64,000 bases of DNA from Eledone cirrhosa. Taxonomy: Eukaryota. This document shows positions 1 through 12,459 of the stretch, in pieces. The notes under the pieces were generated by a model. That model saw nothing but the letters and a program-made list of their open reading frames with translations. It was not told where the DNA came from and did not search any database. Numbering within the stretch: position 1 is the first letter of the stretch; every line of letters begins with the position of its first letter. Both the position numbers and the translations under genes were made by a program. The stretch is from positions 232,686,001 through 232,750,000 of the forward strand of contig OZ024742.1 of the NCBI GenBank assembly GCA_964016885.1. Reading direction: 5' to 3'.

Positions 1-165
1 AGAAAAAAATCGATGCAATTATTTACCATGAAATAAATATATCTCTGTTGTAAATAAAGCATGAATATTTCCTGTCTAAGCATGAATATTTTTTTACTTC
101 ATTAAATCCTTTTTAACTAGTGTTATGTGGTGTATGAACCAGTTTATACACAAATATTTCATTAA

Positions 166-508
166 TACAGTGTTAGGTAAAGATCATGCACCATAGCGAT
201 AATTTATTACACATGAAAATTTTATTTAATTATTATATGTGCTGTTCAAAATGTCCTCCTTCTTTTTCAAAATACATTTCAATTCTGTGCCTACTTGATT
301 CATTAACATGTCAGAGAGCATCCTCTGTCATTTTACTGCAGTCATATTTAATTCTTTCTTTAAGTTCCTCAACATTTCTTGGGTGTGTCTGATAAACAAC
401 TGATTTCAAATGGCCCCACAAAATAAGAAAATATCAAAACAAATTAGACATTTAAAACATGATTAATTAATTAATCCCTATGGTGTGCGAATTTTGCCTC
501 ACCCTGTA
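166..508 (-). mobile_element. Internally deleted mariner-type element
   Basis: Degenerate TIRs TACAGTGTTAGGTAAAGATCATGCACCATAG / rc TACAGGGTGAGGCAAAATTCGCACACCATAG with TA ends; minus strand reads LWGHLKSVVYQTHPRNVEELKERI...EGGHFEQHI*, a mariner transposase C-terminus. Confidence 0.8.
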
Positions 509-644
509 CTCTGAAAAAAACTAACTATATATATTGATAAACAACAAACTGGACCAAAAGTGAGGATTGTGTTGTATTCCTACACCTGAGGCACTTGACA
601 CAGGATGTATACCCATGAAAAGTAGCTCCAATCATATTATTACA

Positions 645-2660
645 TCCCCCCTACTAATCAAGGGATTATTATTATCCTGTGGATTTCAGAAAGGGATTGT
701 AATACATGTCTTATTATTGTTTGTTGGAGAATTGTCTCTGGATCCTCTTGCACCTCTTGCATGACCAGTTTGAAGTCTCTAATATGTATAATTGTAGTTG
801 ACTGCCAGTGTCCATTTTGGTCTTGAACTCTAACAGGTTGTCCGGGTTAGACAGAGAAAAAAGTGTAACAAAACTTAGTTATAGAGTTTATTATCTGTAT
901 CTTAGCGGTTTGTGTATTTCATGGCCACTTCTGATTGCTGCTGAGGTCTTTTGATCAGGGACACTATTTATGTTGGTGTGGCTAGGTATAATTGATGAAA
1001 CAGGCTCTTTAAAACAGAAATCTTTGGTTTGGCTATACTACTATCTTGTATCTGGACTCTATTGTGTCTCTTGCATTACCAGTTAGAAGACTCTAATATG
1101 TATGATTGTGGTTGACTGCCAATGTCCATTTTGGTCATGAACTTGTACAGGCTGTCCTGGCACCAGTAGTAGTAAGGTCAACAGCTGTTTTGTCGTGATG
1201 TTTTTCTTGATGTTCTTGATGGAATTTTAAGTCATCACAAATATAATTGGGATTGGGAAACTGGATTTTGTACTCTAGATATGAGGTTAGCTGTTACAAC
1301 CTGATTACTGAGCAATTCATCTGAACTTGGTAAGCTGTGATTTCTTGATGTTGCTCATAGACATAACAGTGCAAAATTAGCATTGGTTTCTATTTACCTT
1401 GAGTAATATTTTGACAGTCTGAATCTGTTTTTCTACAAAACCATTTTATTGTGGAAACTTTGGAAATTATTTTATGTAATCAAATTGTTATTCTTTAACA
1501 AATTCTCGGCAGCTACACTGCTATGGGAATACCATATTCAGAAAATATCCTTTTTTTGTTGATATAATCATGTCACTTGTGCATTGTCCTTTCATCTTGC
1601 ATATAATAGGAAATTTTCTGTAGTAATTAGTACTTATTAAACGTCCATGGTCACCAAAAAGAAACACAGATCAATGCCAACAACTTCCTATGCTTGATTA
1701 AGAATTTCATGTGCTTGTAGGGTTCCATGAGGACGTGTAGGAAAGGAAGGTTTTCCTGACATATGGAACATATATTGATCGTGTTCTAGATGTCAGGACT
1801 GATTTTCCCCACAAAATTGCAAATCTAGCTCAAAGATGTGTCTTTTCGATACCCTGATGATTGTAAGGATGTTGATCTAATATGACCCTCTGTTATGTGC
1901 CTGGAATCAAGATTCTTGATCTTTTCCAAATGCTATGATAATTAACTGAAAGTTGGCCTCTTTATGACCAGTAGAAATGTATTGGAGGTGGTAATTCCTT
2001 GACAGACTCTGGTTATTCAGATATTATAACTTCATTGATTGAGAATAGGATCTTTTCTTGTTTCATCTTGGATGTCTTTCAGACAATCACTGATGAATCT
2101 CACCAAGTTTACTATGATATCCAAGTCAATTGTTTTCTAGTTCCTGCTACTGGGAAGATAATTTAGCATATCAGGTAATGTCACATCTTTTCCAGGTCTG
2201 TACTCTATGCACTTTTGGTACTCCTGTAGTTTAGTAGCATGCATTTTAGCCTCAGGGGTGCACTAGTCAGTGCTTTCTGTATTATCATAGCCAGTGGTTT
2301 GTGATTAATGGGTACTCAGAATCGACAACCATAGAGGTATGTGTGAAATCCTTGAACCCCAAATACAATTGCAAGGAGTTCCCTCTCTATGCAAACATGA
2401 TGTTTCTTGGCATTTGATAAAGATTTCAATGCATAAGCAATTCGCTTGTCATTCGGCATTAGTGCAGCTCCAAGTTCTTTCAGGTTGCAAAGTTAGCATA
2501 TCGTTTGTGTTGAAGTATGCAAGTATTGAGTTCTAGCTAATCTCTGTCTTGAAATTCTCAGTGTTAATTGTGGTGTTTCTCTCACAATAAAAGGTTGCAT
2601 CTTGCTTCAATAAATCTTGTAGGATGGACACTTTGTTGACCAAGTTTAAAATGAATAGTG
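645..2660 (-). mobile_element. Decayed Ty3/Gypsy pol (RNase H + integrase) ending at a polypurine tract
   Basis: Minus-strand fragments HTYLYG..NHKPL, IEYRPGK, HQGIEKT, IFSEYGIP, NGFVEKQIQTVK; PPT AGGGGGGA followed by TGTAAT (3' LTR start at 644). Confidence 0.85.
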
Positions 2661-4193
2661 TCAAGTAGATTAGAAGACAAATATTCTTTTAATTCCCTCT
2701 TACATATTTGAGCTGGCATGCTTATTAGGTCGTCAATCTTCTTAGGAATTATGAATTGACACTATCATATACAGAGTTCAAATTTTGCCAAAGTAGACTT
2801 TCCCTTTCATCCCAAAGGGAATAAATAAAATCAGTCAAAGACTAGGGTATATTGAATTAATTATTCCAATAAAACGAGCACAAATATTTTCATGTAGAAT
2901 TTTATTTTGTCAGACAAAGTGAATTATAATATAAAGTTACTTTCTGAGTTCAAATCCTACCAAAGTAAACTTTACCTTTCATCGATAAAATAAAGTACCG
3001 AACATATACTGATGTTGAGTTAATCGACTATACTCTTTTCTAAATAAACAGCTTTGAGTTAATATTAGAAATCAATATAACAGGATTCATTACTAATATG
3101 TCAAGCATGAAGACAAATACAGATTATTGGTATTTACTGTGGTTTTAATTTCTTCTTTGATTAAATCCCAAGTTGTAACAATTCTTACAAAGCTGTTTCA
3201 GGTGAAGGAGAAGGTTTACAAACATTGGCATTCATATGTTAGTAAGAACATTGATTTATAGACAAAGGCATTAAATTGTAAGCCAGGATTATTGATTTAT
3301 ATAGATGAAAAAAACTGCTCTGTAGGTTAAGAACATGAATACTTGCTAGCTGAATGTATACATGATAGCTGAAGATAAGGGAACATTTTATTTGTTGAAA
3401 TATTGTAGATCAAGAGATAAAAAAAAAGAAACGATGGGACATCAATATATAAGAAGGAATGTGTATATTAACTTTTTGTTAGAGACAAAACAATATATTT
3501 TATGTTTCGTTATGTCTAACCAAACCAGCATAAAGCTTCCTATTTCTTTAATTAACAGTAGGGTTGCAGTACAATATATTTAGGTCTTTGAGCTGACAAA
3601 ATGTATGCCATTTCCTATATTTTCTTTTCTTTATCTACTGACTGTAAACAGACACATGTTATCCATACATGATTGAAAATGATTCTTTCCTTGAACTTCT
3701 CTTACAGCAATTTCTATTCTGTGATTAATTTATTACATCAGAGTAACGTTGCAATCAGGGCTGTATTATTCATAATGTTATGTAAAGTGATTAGTGATTG
3801 AAAAGGCATCCAGCCATAGAAAACTTGTCGAACAAAGGATTGGGAGAATTCTTCATAGACATGACAACTTCCTTATTGTCAGTGATCTACATGATAAATG
3901 CACCCAGTACATGCTGTAAAGGTGTTGATGATGGGAAGAGCATCCTGCCATAGAAAACCTGTCAAACAAAGGGCCAAGAGGAATCTTCAAGCTGTATCAA
4001 GGATATGACAGTCTCCCTCATGTTGGTGCCACAATAAAATGCACTTGGTAGAACACAACATCATATGTTGGATCCCTGGCCCACCTGAAAGTTAGTGGCT
4101 CTGCTTGAATACTGATTGGTTTGTGATGACATGTCCAGCTCTCGCTAGCATGGAAAATGGACATTAAACGATGATGATGATGATGAGCCTAGG

Positions 4194-4225
<32 letters not shown>

Positions 4226-5700
4226 CCGTTTTACGTCCGTTCTTCCACGCTAGTATGGGTTAGACGGGTTGTCCTGTTGTGGGCAGTGTTTGGTCGGCTG
4301 ACCATGCCTTGCTCATACAGGAACTGATCTGGCTTGATTTCTACAGCTGGATGCCCTTCCTAACACCAACCTCATTTACAGTGAGTGCTGGGTGCTTTTT
4401 TCCGTGGCGCCTACACGTCCACTTTACAGTGTGGGCTGGGTGCTTTTTTGCCGTGGCACCTCCACGACCACCTTGCGGTGGGGGGTGTGGGGGCATATTG
4501 TCTATATGCTTCAGCTTGTACCCATGGGAGGTCGGATACTCTGTATTACTGCGTGATGCCAGAAGTCACGGTCGTGTGTCATTGACTTTGAGAGGTGTAG
4601 TTGGGTAAGGTCGGCTTTTATCACCTCATCCCAAGTCATCTTGGGTCTCCCCACTCCGCGGTTTCCATCAACTTCTAGTGCTCTGCACCTTTTTATGCAG
4701 CTGTCATCCTTCATACGCATCACATGTCCATACCAGCGCAACCGCCTCTCCTGCACACAGCATTTGATTCCTCTTATGCTCAGTCTCTCTCTCAATTCCT
4801 TTATGCTTTGTCGTTCACGTATATTACTGTTACACATCCATCGGAGCATGCAGGCTTCGTTTCTCTCTAATCTACGTAAGTCTTCCACCTTCAGCGCCCA
4901 GGTCTCACTACCATGTAACATTGCTGTTCGGATACACGCATCATACAGTCTGCCTTTCATTCTGAGGGAGAAGCCTTTTGCAGCTAGCAGTGGTAGTAGT
5001 TCCCTAAACTTCTTCCATCCCGTTCTTAGCCTAGTTATTGTACTTTCTGAACACCCACCTCCGCTGCTAATTCGGTCACCTACGTTGCAGAAGCTGTCTA
5101 CTGTTTCTACAGGGCCCTCCCAGAGATTGGTGGTACTTGTTTCCTGTGGCTGTTTGCTGCTTGCTGTCCCAGCACAGCTGCTGCATGTGAAGCCTACATT
5201 CTTAATTAAGCTTCCTGAGATCCCGCTACATCTCTTGTGTACCCATTGTTTGTATTTGGAGCAGAGAATGGAGTTCCTACCTACACCTTTCCTACATACT
5301 GAGTAAGGCCATTTGCCTGAGGGGATCTGGGTTCTGTTTTCTCGTCTACTTACAAGAACCTTAGTCTTTGTCATGTTGACTTTGAGACCCTTTCTTTCTA
5401 GTCCCTGCTTCCAAGTTTGGAATTTATTCTCTAGTTCTACCATAGATTCAGCTATAAGTGCGAGGTCATCAGCATACAGGAGTTCCCATGGGCATCCGGT
5501 CTTAAACTCCTCCGTTATTGCCTGCAGGACTATGATGAACAGGAGGTGGCTAAGAACAGAGCCCTGGTGGACCCCAACCTGTACACTAAATTCCTCGCTA
5601 TACTCATTGCTAATCCTAACTTTGCTGACTGCTCCCCTGTACATGGCTTGTACAGCTTTCACAAGCCATTCATCTACTCCTAGTTTTCTAAGAGCCCACC
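4194..5700 (-). mobile_element. 5'-truncated RTE LINE, subfamily A
   Basis: ORF 4511-5662 with QGSVLS, YADD, RLRWYGHV; repeated 3' UTR; (GAT)n tail. Confidence 0.95.
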
Positions 5701-6336
5701 ATCTGTCAATTATTTTTTGCTGTGGTGGGGTGAAAGATTGAAGTGTGAAAAGGAGTCAATCAAAATTACCTGAAAGCCTAGGGGCCTGACCACAGATTAC
5801 AAACATTTCACTACCCTCATCACGAGAAAATGCTATAGAGTTCTGTTTCAAGTAACCACCATGAAACCCATGATTGGTGAGAAAGTGTAGCAGATGCTAC
5901 AGTTGAAACTTTCTTATCGGGCAGTTCCATTAAGTTTAAAAACATAAAATAGTAATCAACTTCTTTATCGTTTTCACATAAACTATTTCAAATTAACTAC
6001 TAGGTTGTCACAGTCAAAGACCAAATGGGTTTGAGTAACAATCTTGCATGGTTTCTATGGGTGAATGCCCTACCTAACACCAATAACCTCACAGGGTATA
6101 CTAGATGTGTTTTTCATGATACCAGTACTACCACTTTACTAAGTGGACTGGGTGCATTTTATAGTGGTACCAACACTAAAACTTTATAGGGTGAGCTCGA
6201 TGCATTTTACTGTGGCATCAGCACTAAGAGTGTAACAAGACTAATAAAAGACTGATAACAGTAAAAATAACAAAGGTTGTATTTTTCCTGCTTCTTGTTA
6301 AAATTTTTTGAGACAAAATGTAGTTCTGAAAGTAAT

Positions 6337-6520
6337 AATTGTTTCTACTTTTGGCACAAGGCCAGCAATTATCCCAGTGCAATACTAGTACTTTATTTTA
6401 TTGACCTTGTAAGGATGAAGGGCGAAGTTAACCTCGGTGGGATTTGAACTCAGACCAATAAGGACTGTAACTCTATGCTACAAAGCATGACGTCCGACCC
6501 TCTACCGATACAACCAATGT
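6337..6520 (-). mobile_element. tRNA-derived SINE (same family at 8825 and 46492)
   Basis: B-box-like GAGTTCAAATCCC; near-identical copies elsewhere in the window. Confidence 0.8.
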
Positions 6521-6625
6521 GGATGAGGACATGAAGAAGGAAGCCTGTAAGGGGAAATGGCTGATGCAGCAGATATTGCTGATTGTTATTTATGAGGACA
6601 CTGTTACTTTGTTTTCATTTTGTAG

Positions 6626-6654
<29 letters not shown>

Positions 6655-6656
<2 letters not shown>

Positions 6657-6990
6657 AGGCACATGGCTTAGTGGTTAGAGCATTGGCCTTGCAATCGAAA
6701 GGTTGTGAGTTCAATTCTCAGACCAGGTGATGTGTTGTTTCCTTGAGCAAGACACTTTATTTCACATTGCTCCAGTTTACTCAGCTGTAGAAATGAGATG
6801 ATAGGGACTGGGGTCCCTATCATTCCACTGCAAAGTGGTCGTGGAGGTGCCACGGCAAAAAAGTACCCAGCACTCACTGTAAATGAGGTTGGTGTTAGGA
6901 AGGGCATCCAGCTGTAGAAATCAAGCCAGAATCAGTTCCAGTCCCACCCTTGCAAGCAGGGAAAAAGCGGACGTAAAATGAAAATGAAAA
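6655..6990 (+). mobile_element. CORE-like tRNA SINE with RTE-derived 3' end
   Basis: A box TGGCTTAGTGG, B box GAGTTCAATTC, CCTTGAGCAAGACACTT core, RTE 3' UTR sequence. Confidence 0.85.
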
Positions 6991-7244
6991 ATGAAATGAA
7001 TATACTATTGTATACCATACAGGTGTATTGTATACCATACAGGTGTATGCGAAAAAATGATTTAACAATCCAGCCCACATAATACTATCGCTTGCCTGCT
7101 TCAACTGCCTGATCCTGCAACTAACAATCTGCCGCACTCTAATCCTGTATAAATAAGACACGCGTGCATGCTACACGTGAGATTGTTTCATACACTGACT
7201 ACTCTAAACTTTCCTCTCGCTTTATCTTCATAAACTGCCAATGT

Positions 7245-7423
7245 TTCATTTTTATTTTTATTTTTATTTTTATTTTTATTTTTATTTTTATTTTTATTTT
7301 TATTTTTATTTTTATTTTTATTTTTATTTTTATTTTTATTTTTATTTTTATTTTTATTTTTATTTTTATTTTTATTTTTATTTTTATTTTTATTTTTATT
7401 TTTATTTTTATTTTTATTTTTAT
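7245..7423. repeat. (TTTTTA)n microsatellite
   Basis: Direct reading. Confidence 0.98.
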
Positions 7424-7561
7424 CCTTTAACCTTTATATGTAAATTGCCATGCTATATCATTTTGATGGATGTCATCCCACTGTGGGTCAATATATGCAT
7501 ATGTTTTTATATGTCTCTTGTGTTGAAAAGGAGGTCAAGTATGTTATAGATCACTAAATAG

Positions 7562-7610
7562 TTGCTCCGAAGAATCCAAACCTCGGTTTGGAGGAAACAA
7601 TTGTAAGCAA
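7562..7610 (+). ncRNA. Minimal type I hammerhead ribozyme, variant core CCGAAGA
   Basis: TTGCT-CCGAAGA-A-TCCAAACC tc GGTTTGGA-G-GAAA-CAATTG-TA-AGCAA: stem I 5 bp, stem II 8 bp, palindromic stem III, GUA triplet. Confidence 0.7.
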
Positions 7611-7666
7611 ATAAATGATTTAAACTGAACTTTGATTATTGTAATCTCTCTCTCTATATATATATA

Positions 7667-8047
7667 CATGGCTTAGTGGTTAGAGCATGGCCTTGCAATC
7701 GAAAGGTTGTGAGTTCAATTCTCAGACCGGGTGATGTGTTGTTTCCTTGAGCAAGACACTTTATTTCACATTGCTCCAGTTCACTCAGCTGTAGAAATGA
7801 GATGATAGGGACTGGGGTCCATATCATTCCACTGCAAAGAGGTGCCATGGCAAAAAAAAAGCACTCAGCCCACACTGTAAAGTGGACGTGTAGGCGCCAT
7901 GGAAAAAAAGCACCCAGCACTCACTGTAAATGAGGTTGGTGTTAGGAAGGGCATCCAGCTGTAGAAATCAAGCCAGAATCAGTTCCCGTCCCACCCTTGC
8001 AAGCAGGGAAAAATGGACGTAAAATGTAATGATGATGATGATGATGA
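7667..8047 (+). mobile_element. CORE-like tRNA SINE with RTE-derived 3' end
   Basis: Near-identical to 6655-6990; (GAT)n tail. Confidence 0.85.
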
Positions 8048-8054
8048 TATATAT

Positions 8055-8255
8055 ATCATCATCATCATCGTTTTACGTCCGTTCTTCCACGCTAGCATGG
8101 GTTAGACGGGTTGTCCTGTTGTGGGCAGTGTCCAGTCGGCTGACCTTGTCTTGCTCATACAGGAACTGATTCTGGGTTGATCTCTACAGCTGGATGCCCT
8201 TCCTAACACCAACCTCATTTACAGTGAGTGCTGGGTGCTTTTTTCCGTGGCACCA
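8055..8255 (-). mobile_element. RTE subfamily A 3' end (or SINE tail)
   Basis: Matches 4226-4410; tail-to-tail with the preceding SINE across a TA run. Confidence 0.85.
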
Positions 8256-8261
8256 ATATAC

Positions 8262-8497
<236 letters not shown>

Positions 8498-8546
8498 TCA
8501 TCATCATCATCATTTAACGTCCATCTTCCACGCTAACATGGGTTAG

Positions 8547-9062
8547 ATGAATAAATAATAACCAGGGTTTATTTATATTATCTAATAGATTTACGCAGCA
8601 TTCTAAACCTTTGTAGTGAATTCTTCAGAATCATTAAATAATACAAAAAGATAGTTTTCTTTTACCAACTGCATGTCTAAATGTCTCCAAACATGAAGAA
8701 ATTCGAAAATGCAAACAACTATAATTTTTGCATTATTTAATGATCCTGAAGAATTCTATACAGAAGAATAAAATGCTACTTCTCTCTGTATTTGAAAGAA
8801 ATGTGTGTAAATCTATTAAATAATTGTTTCTACTTTTGGCACAAGACCAGCAATTACCCCAGTGCATTACTGGTGCTTTATTTTATCAACCCCATAGGGA
8901 TGAAAGGCAAAGCTAACCTCGGCGGGATTTGAACTCAGAACGTAAAGGGCTACAACTCTATGCTGCAAAGCATGGTATCTGATGCTCTAGCAATACTGCC
9001 AATCCACCACCCTTAAATCTATTAAATAATGTAATTAAATCTTGGTTATTCATTTATTCATT
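8547..9062. mobile_element. Fold-back element with hammerhead-like motif in each arm, interrupted by a SINE
   Basis: Inverted arms ATGAATAAATAATAACCAGG.. / ..CTTGGTTATTCATTTATTCAT; CTGAAGA at 8746 (+) and about 8622 (-). Confidence 0.6.
8825..9013 (-). mobile_element. tRNA-derived SINE with 17-bp TSD
   Basis: TAAATCTATTAAATAAT duplicated on both sides. Confidence 0.85.
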
Positions 9063-9222
9063 TTATATATGCTGTGTGATGTAAAGCTACTATGACCAGA
9101 AATTTACAAATTGGATTAAACTGTGAACTATTTTTTGCCAATCTTACTGTGGATAATAAAATCACATTCAAGCTTTGAATATCTCTCTGCCTTATATGGC
9201 AGTATTATCAATTCATATAATC

Positions 9223-9273
<51 letters not shown>

Positions 9274-9280
9274 GTATATA

Positions 9281-9335
<55 letters not shown>

Positions 9336-9341
9336 TATATA

Positions 9342-9388
<47 letters not shown>

Positions 9389-9404
9389 TATGTATGTATG
9401 TATA

Positions 9405-9900
9405 TCATCATCATCATCATCATCGTTTAACGTCCATCTTCCACGCTTGCATGGGTTTGGACGGGAATTTTCCCACTTGAGGCAAAATTGGTTGTCTTGC
9501 TCGTATAGGACTGTCTGGCGGGTTTTCTACGGCTGGATGCCCTTCCTAACACCAACCACGTTTACAGTGTGGACTGGGAGGTTTTTACTGTGTTACCTAC
9601 ACGGCCACATTACAGCGTGGACTGTGTGTTTTTTTGTCGTGACACCTACACGACCTCATTTGTTTCAGACTGGATGTTGTGGTACCAACATAACTTTACA
9701 TTGAAAGGGGTGGTGTGGATGGGGTGGGGGTAGTGGGACGGAGTGTGTTTTTGTTAGAGGTGCCTACTGACTGTAGGTTTCGCTTTGTACTTAGGCAAGG
9801 TGGGTCTTCTGTATTACTGTGTAGCGCCAAAGATCTCGGTCCAGTGACATTGTCTTGGAGAGGTGTAAGTGTGTGAGGTCGGAATTTATTAAGTCGTCCC

Positions 9901-9902
<2 letters not shown>
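9405..9902 (-). mobile_element. RTE subfamily B 3' end
   Basis: WDDLINSDLTHLHLSKTMSLDRDLWRY plus 3' UTR and (GAT)n; matches 16375-16870. Confidence 0.9.
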
Positions 9903-9924
<22 letters not shown>

Positions 9925-9932
<8 letters not shown>

Positions 9933-10140
9933 TGGTGGAACACTGGAAGGTAATATCCGTAGTGGTAGAGCACTCAGTCCATGGGATGAGTTAGGTAGAA
10001 GTGGTTACACAACTGTTAGTTCACCATACCGAGAACAATTGTTTCACCTTAGCGGATCCTCAGCTCGTAATGGACATGGTTATACAAAACAATTGTTCTC
10101 GGTATGGTGAACTAACTGTTGTGTAACCACTTCTATATAA
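9925..10140 (-). mobile_element. Fold-back mini-element with hammerhead, in (TA)n
   Basis: About 49-bp inverted arms TAGAAGTGGTTACACAAC..CAATTGTTT; (TA)n on both sides. Confidence 0.75.
10030..10067 (-). ncRNA. Minimal type I hammerhead ribozyme
   Basis: CGAG-CTGAGGA-TCCgctaaGGT-GAAA-CAATTG-TT-CTCG; canonical core, GUU triplet, short stem II. Confidence 0.7.
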
Positions 10141-10159
10141 ATATATATATATATTAGTG

Positions 10160-10740
10160 TAGCTAATATGAAGCATTGTGAGATATGTAATAAAAGACCA
10201 ATAATTTTTGAAAAAGTAAGTACAACACAGTAGAAAAATGCAAAGAGTAAAGGATGACAAATAAAACAAAACAAAGTAATGTTTTACCCAGTATATTTCA
10301 ACATGACATTTCAGGGCTAATACCCCTCTTTTCAAATGTGGAGCTGAAACAGTTCAAAACAAAATGAACAATTGATGTGTTCTTCCTTAACTGGCTTGTG
10401 TGTCTGAAATACAATCAGTTTACCTCATTCATTTCCAATCTATTATTTAACTGTGTTTTTTTCTTCTGGCTAATGATAATGGCCTGTTTGATTCTTAAAT
10501 TGCAGATATTCCTTTCTGTCACCTTTATTGTGACCTCAATGTCTTGGCTGCAGCATCTTTCAAGATGTTTTTTAACAGAAGCTCTGGTCATGTGTTCCTT
10601 AATCCTTATGTGCATCATCCAGACAGTACTTCCAATGTATGAGGAGCTACATTTTTTACATGTGATCTTATAGATCCCATATGCTTTCATGCACATTTCT
10701 GCATAATAAATAATAGATTGGAAATGCATGAGGGTAAAAC
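10160..10740 (-). mobile_element. Penelope-like element 3' end (GIY-YIG endonuclease + pLTR)
   Basis: GIYKITCKKCSSSYIGST..RIKEH..H..LNNR in ORF 10415-10729. Confidence 0.85.
10301..10339 (-). ncRNA. Hammerhead-like motif, U3-A8 core variant, slightly decayed
   Basis: ACAT-TTGAAAA-G-AGGGgtattagCCCT-GAAA-TG-TC-ATGT just downstream of the GIY-YIG ORF. Confidence 0.55.
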
Positions 10741-10804
10741 ATTACTTTGTTTTATTTGTCATAATTTGCCATTTGTATTTTTCTACTGCATTGTACTGGC
10801 TTTT

Positions 10805-11150
10805 TGATCTTCTCCCAGTACATTGGATCCACCTCTGAGCTATATGGTTGTTACATCAACGATTGTATCGGTGCCACCCCTCTCTCCCCCCCTCTCTCTC
10901 TCGCAAACAACTCAATTCCTTTCTTTCTTTCGTCCATTCTTTTCATCATGCCCTCCTCTCACCACCTCCGTCTCTCTCCAACTCTTCCATCCAATTTCTC
11001 TCTCACCACACACTCTCTACCTCCATCTTCTATAAGCCCAATGATTCCCACTCCTACCTCAACTTCACCTCCTCCTATCCCACCCACACCAAATTTTCCA
11101 CATCCTACTTCCAATTACTCCGTTCTCGGAAGAGTTCATCACGAAGATAC
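10805..11150 (+). mobile_element. Penelope-like RT fragment
   Basis: YINDCIG (YIDD-like) and LSTSIFYKPNDSHSYLNFTSSYP..TK..SYFQLLR thumb motif. Confidence 0.75.
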
Positions 11151-11964
11151 CTGATACAAGTTGTATGTGATACGGAGAGGCCAGTTTATCTCAGATGTGA
11201 CAAAAGAAAATCGTTTGGTCCGTACAAAGCACTTACTGAATAGGATAAAACATCAAAAGCTGGAATGCTTTGGGTTTTTTCTGGTGAAAAGAACTCTGAT
11301 CAGGACCAAAAGGTAAACCAAAGAAACGATAAATGGCTATGCAGAGATCCAAATCAGGTTCATGCACACCAAATTTCTACTGACTGTGATGGTTCTGGGT
11401 GTCGTCAACAATGAGGGAGTTATCATGCCTCCTAATTTTTTTTTCTCAGGGCTTAAGTCAACGCTGCTGTCTACAAAGGGGTGTTAGAGACAGTTGTGAA
11501 GCTCTTGATAGACAGGGTAAGCAACAGAAGATAGTTTGTCTTCCTACAAGACTCCATGCCTTTTCATAAGGCCAGAACAACATAAGCATAGATACGTGAC
11601 AATCTCCATGACCATGTTCTTCCAGACATATGGCATTCTAGCTCACCACACCTCAATCCCCTAGACTACATATGGGACATAGTTGATAGAGAGGTAAATC
11701 CTCACCCTCACAGCAATATAGAAATGCTCAAATCCACCATTACCATTAAAATGTCCAGTATTGATAGATGTCATCTGATTTGGGCATGCCAATGCTTCAG
11801 ACCCTCATATTGAAGCAGTCACTGGAGCTAAGAGAGGATTCGTTGAATAGATATCATAAAAGTATTTTAATAATATTTGAACCAATTTGTATCTAAATAT
11901 AAGATTTCTATGTGTCTTTTTCCAAATTCATGCAAATGTTCTCAAAAAACTGATGCACCCTGTA
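11150..11964 (+). mobile_element. Decayed mariner-like (DD37D/maT-like) transposon, 3' part
   Basis: FS.EKN.DQDQKVN, VMVLGVV, FLQDS..H, W..SSPHLNPLDY motifs; TIR end CACCCTGTA. Confidence 0.85.
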
Positions 11965-12459
11965 TGTGTGAAGAATAGGAGGGAGCAGAGAAGGTTTTAT
12001 TTAAACCTTAACCTTCTCTGCTCCCTCCTATTCTTCACCACCCCCCTCTATATCATGCTGGTTCTCTCTCAATCCCTTCCTCTCTCTCCAAATATAAAAT
12101 AAATCTTTTACAAGTACGAAACTCAGAATTCGTCAACCCTTTTTCAGGCTAGGCTGCTCGCTCGGTGAAATGTAACGTACTAATTGCTATTTCTTCACTC
12201 TTCTCTCCATTTTTTATTCCCTGGTCCATTCATCTATCTGTATCATTTCGCCCAGAATCCAATCTTTGCTTTTTCAATGCTATTCGATAATTCTATCGTA
12301 TTTTTCAAAACAATCTTCTTGTATTCTTTTAAATTCCCATAATTCTTCTCTTATTACTGTTATGTATGCTTGTTAAATTATGCCCAAAATTCGAGGATTT
12401 TATTTAAACCTTCTCGCTAACTACCCCATATCCCTCCCACCCGCCCCCACTCACCACCA

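Larger units (their letters stand above)
7030..7650 (+). mobile_element. Penelope-type pseudo-LTR-like repeat with hammerhead motif (second copy about 19930-20790)
   Basis: Shared TATAAAT-GAGACAC-GCATGCT segment, internal hexamer microsatellite, hammerhead, then AATAAA in both copies. Confidence 0.6.

Noticed and set aside
4641-5741. Long plus-strand ORFs (also 13451, 21456, 25147)
   Set aside because: Antisense shadows of the RTE coding frame
6655-6730. tRNA gene
   Set aside because: A and B boxes present but it continues into a SINE body and is multi-copy
7164-7549. FI/FY-repeat ORFs (also 9123, 44260-44713)
   Set aside because: Translations of microsatellites
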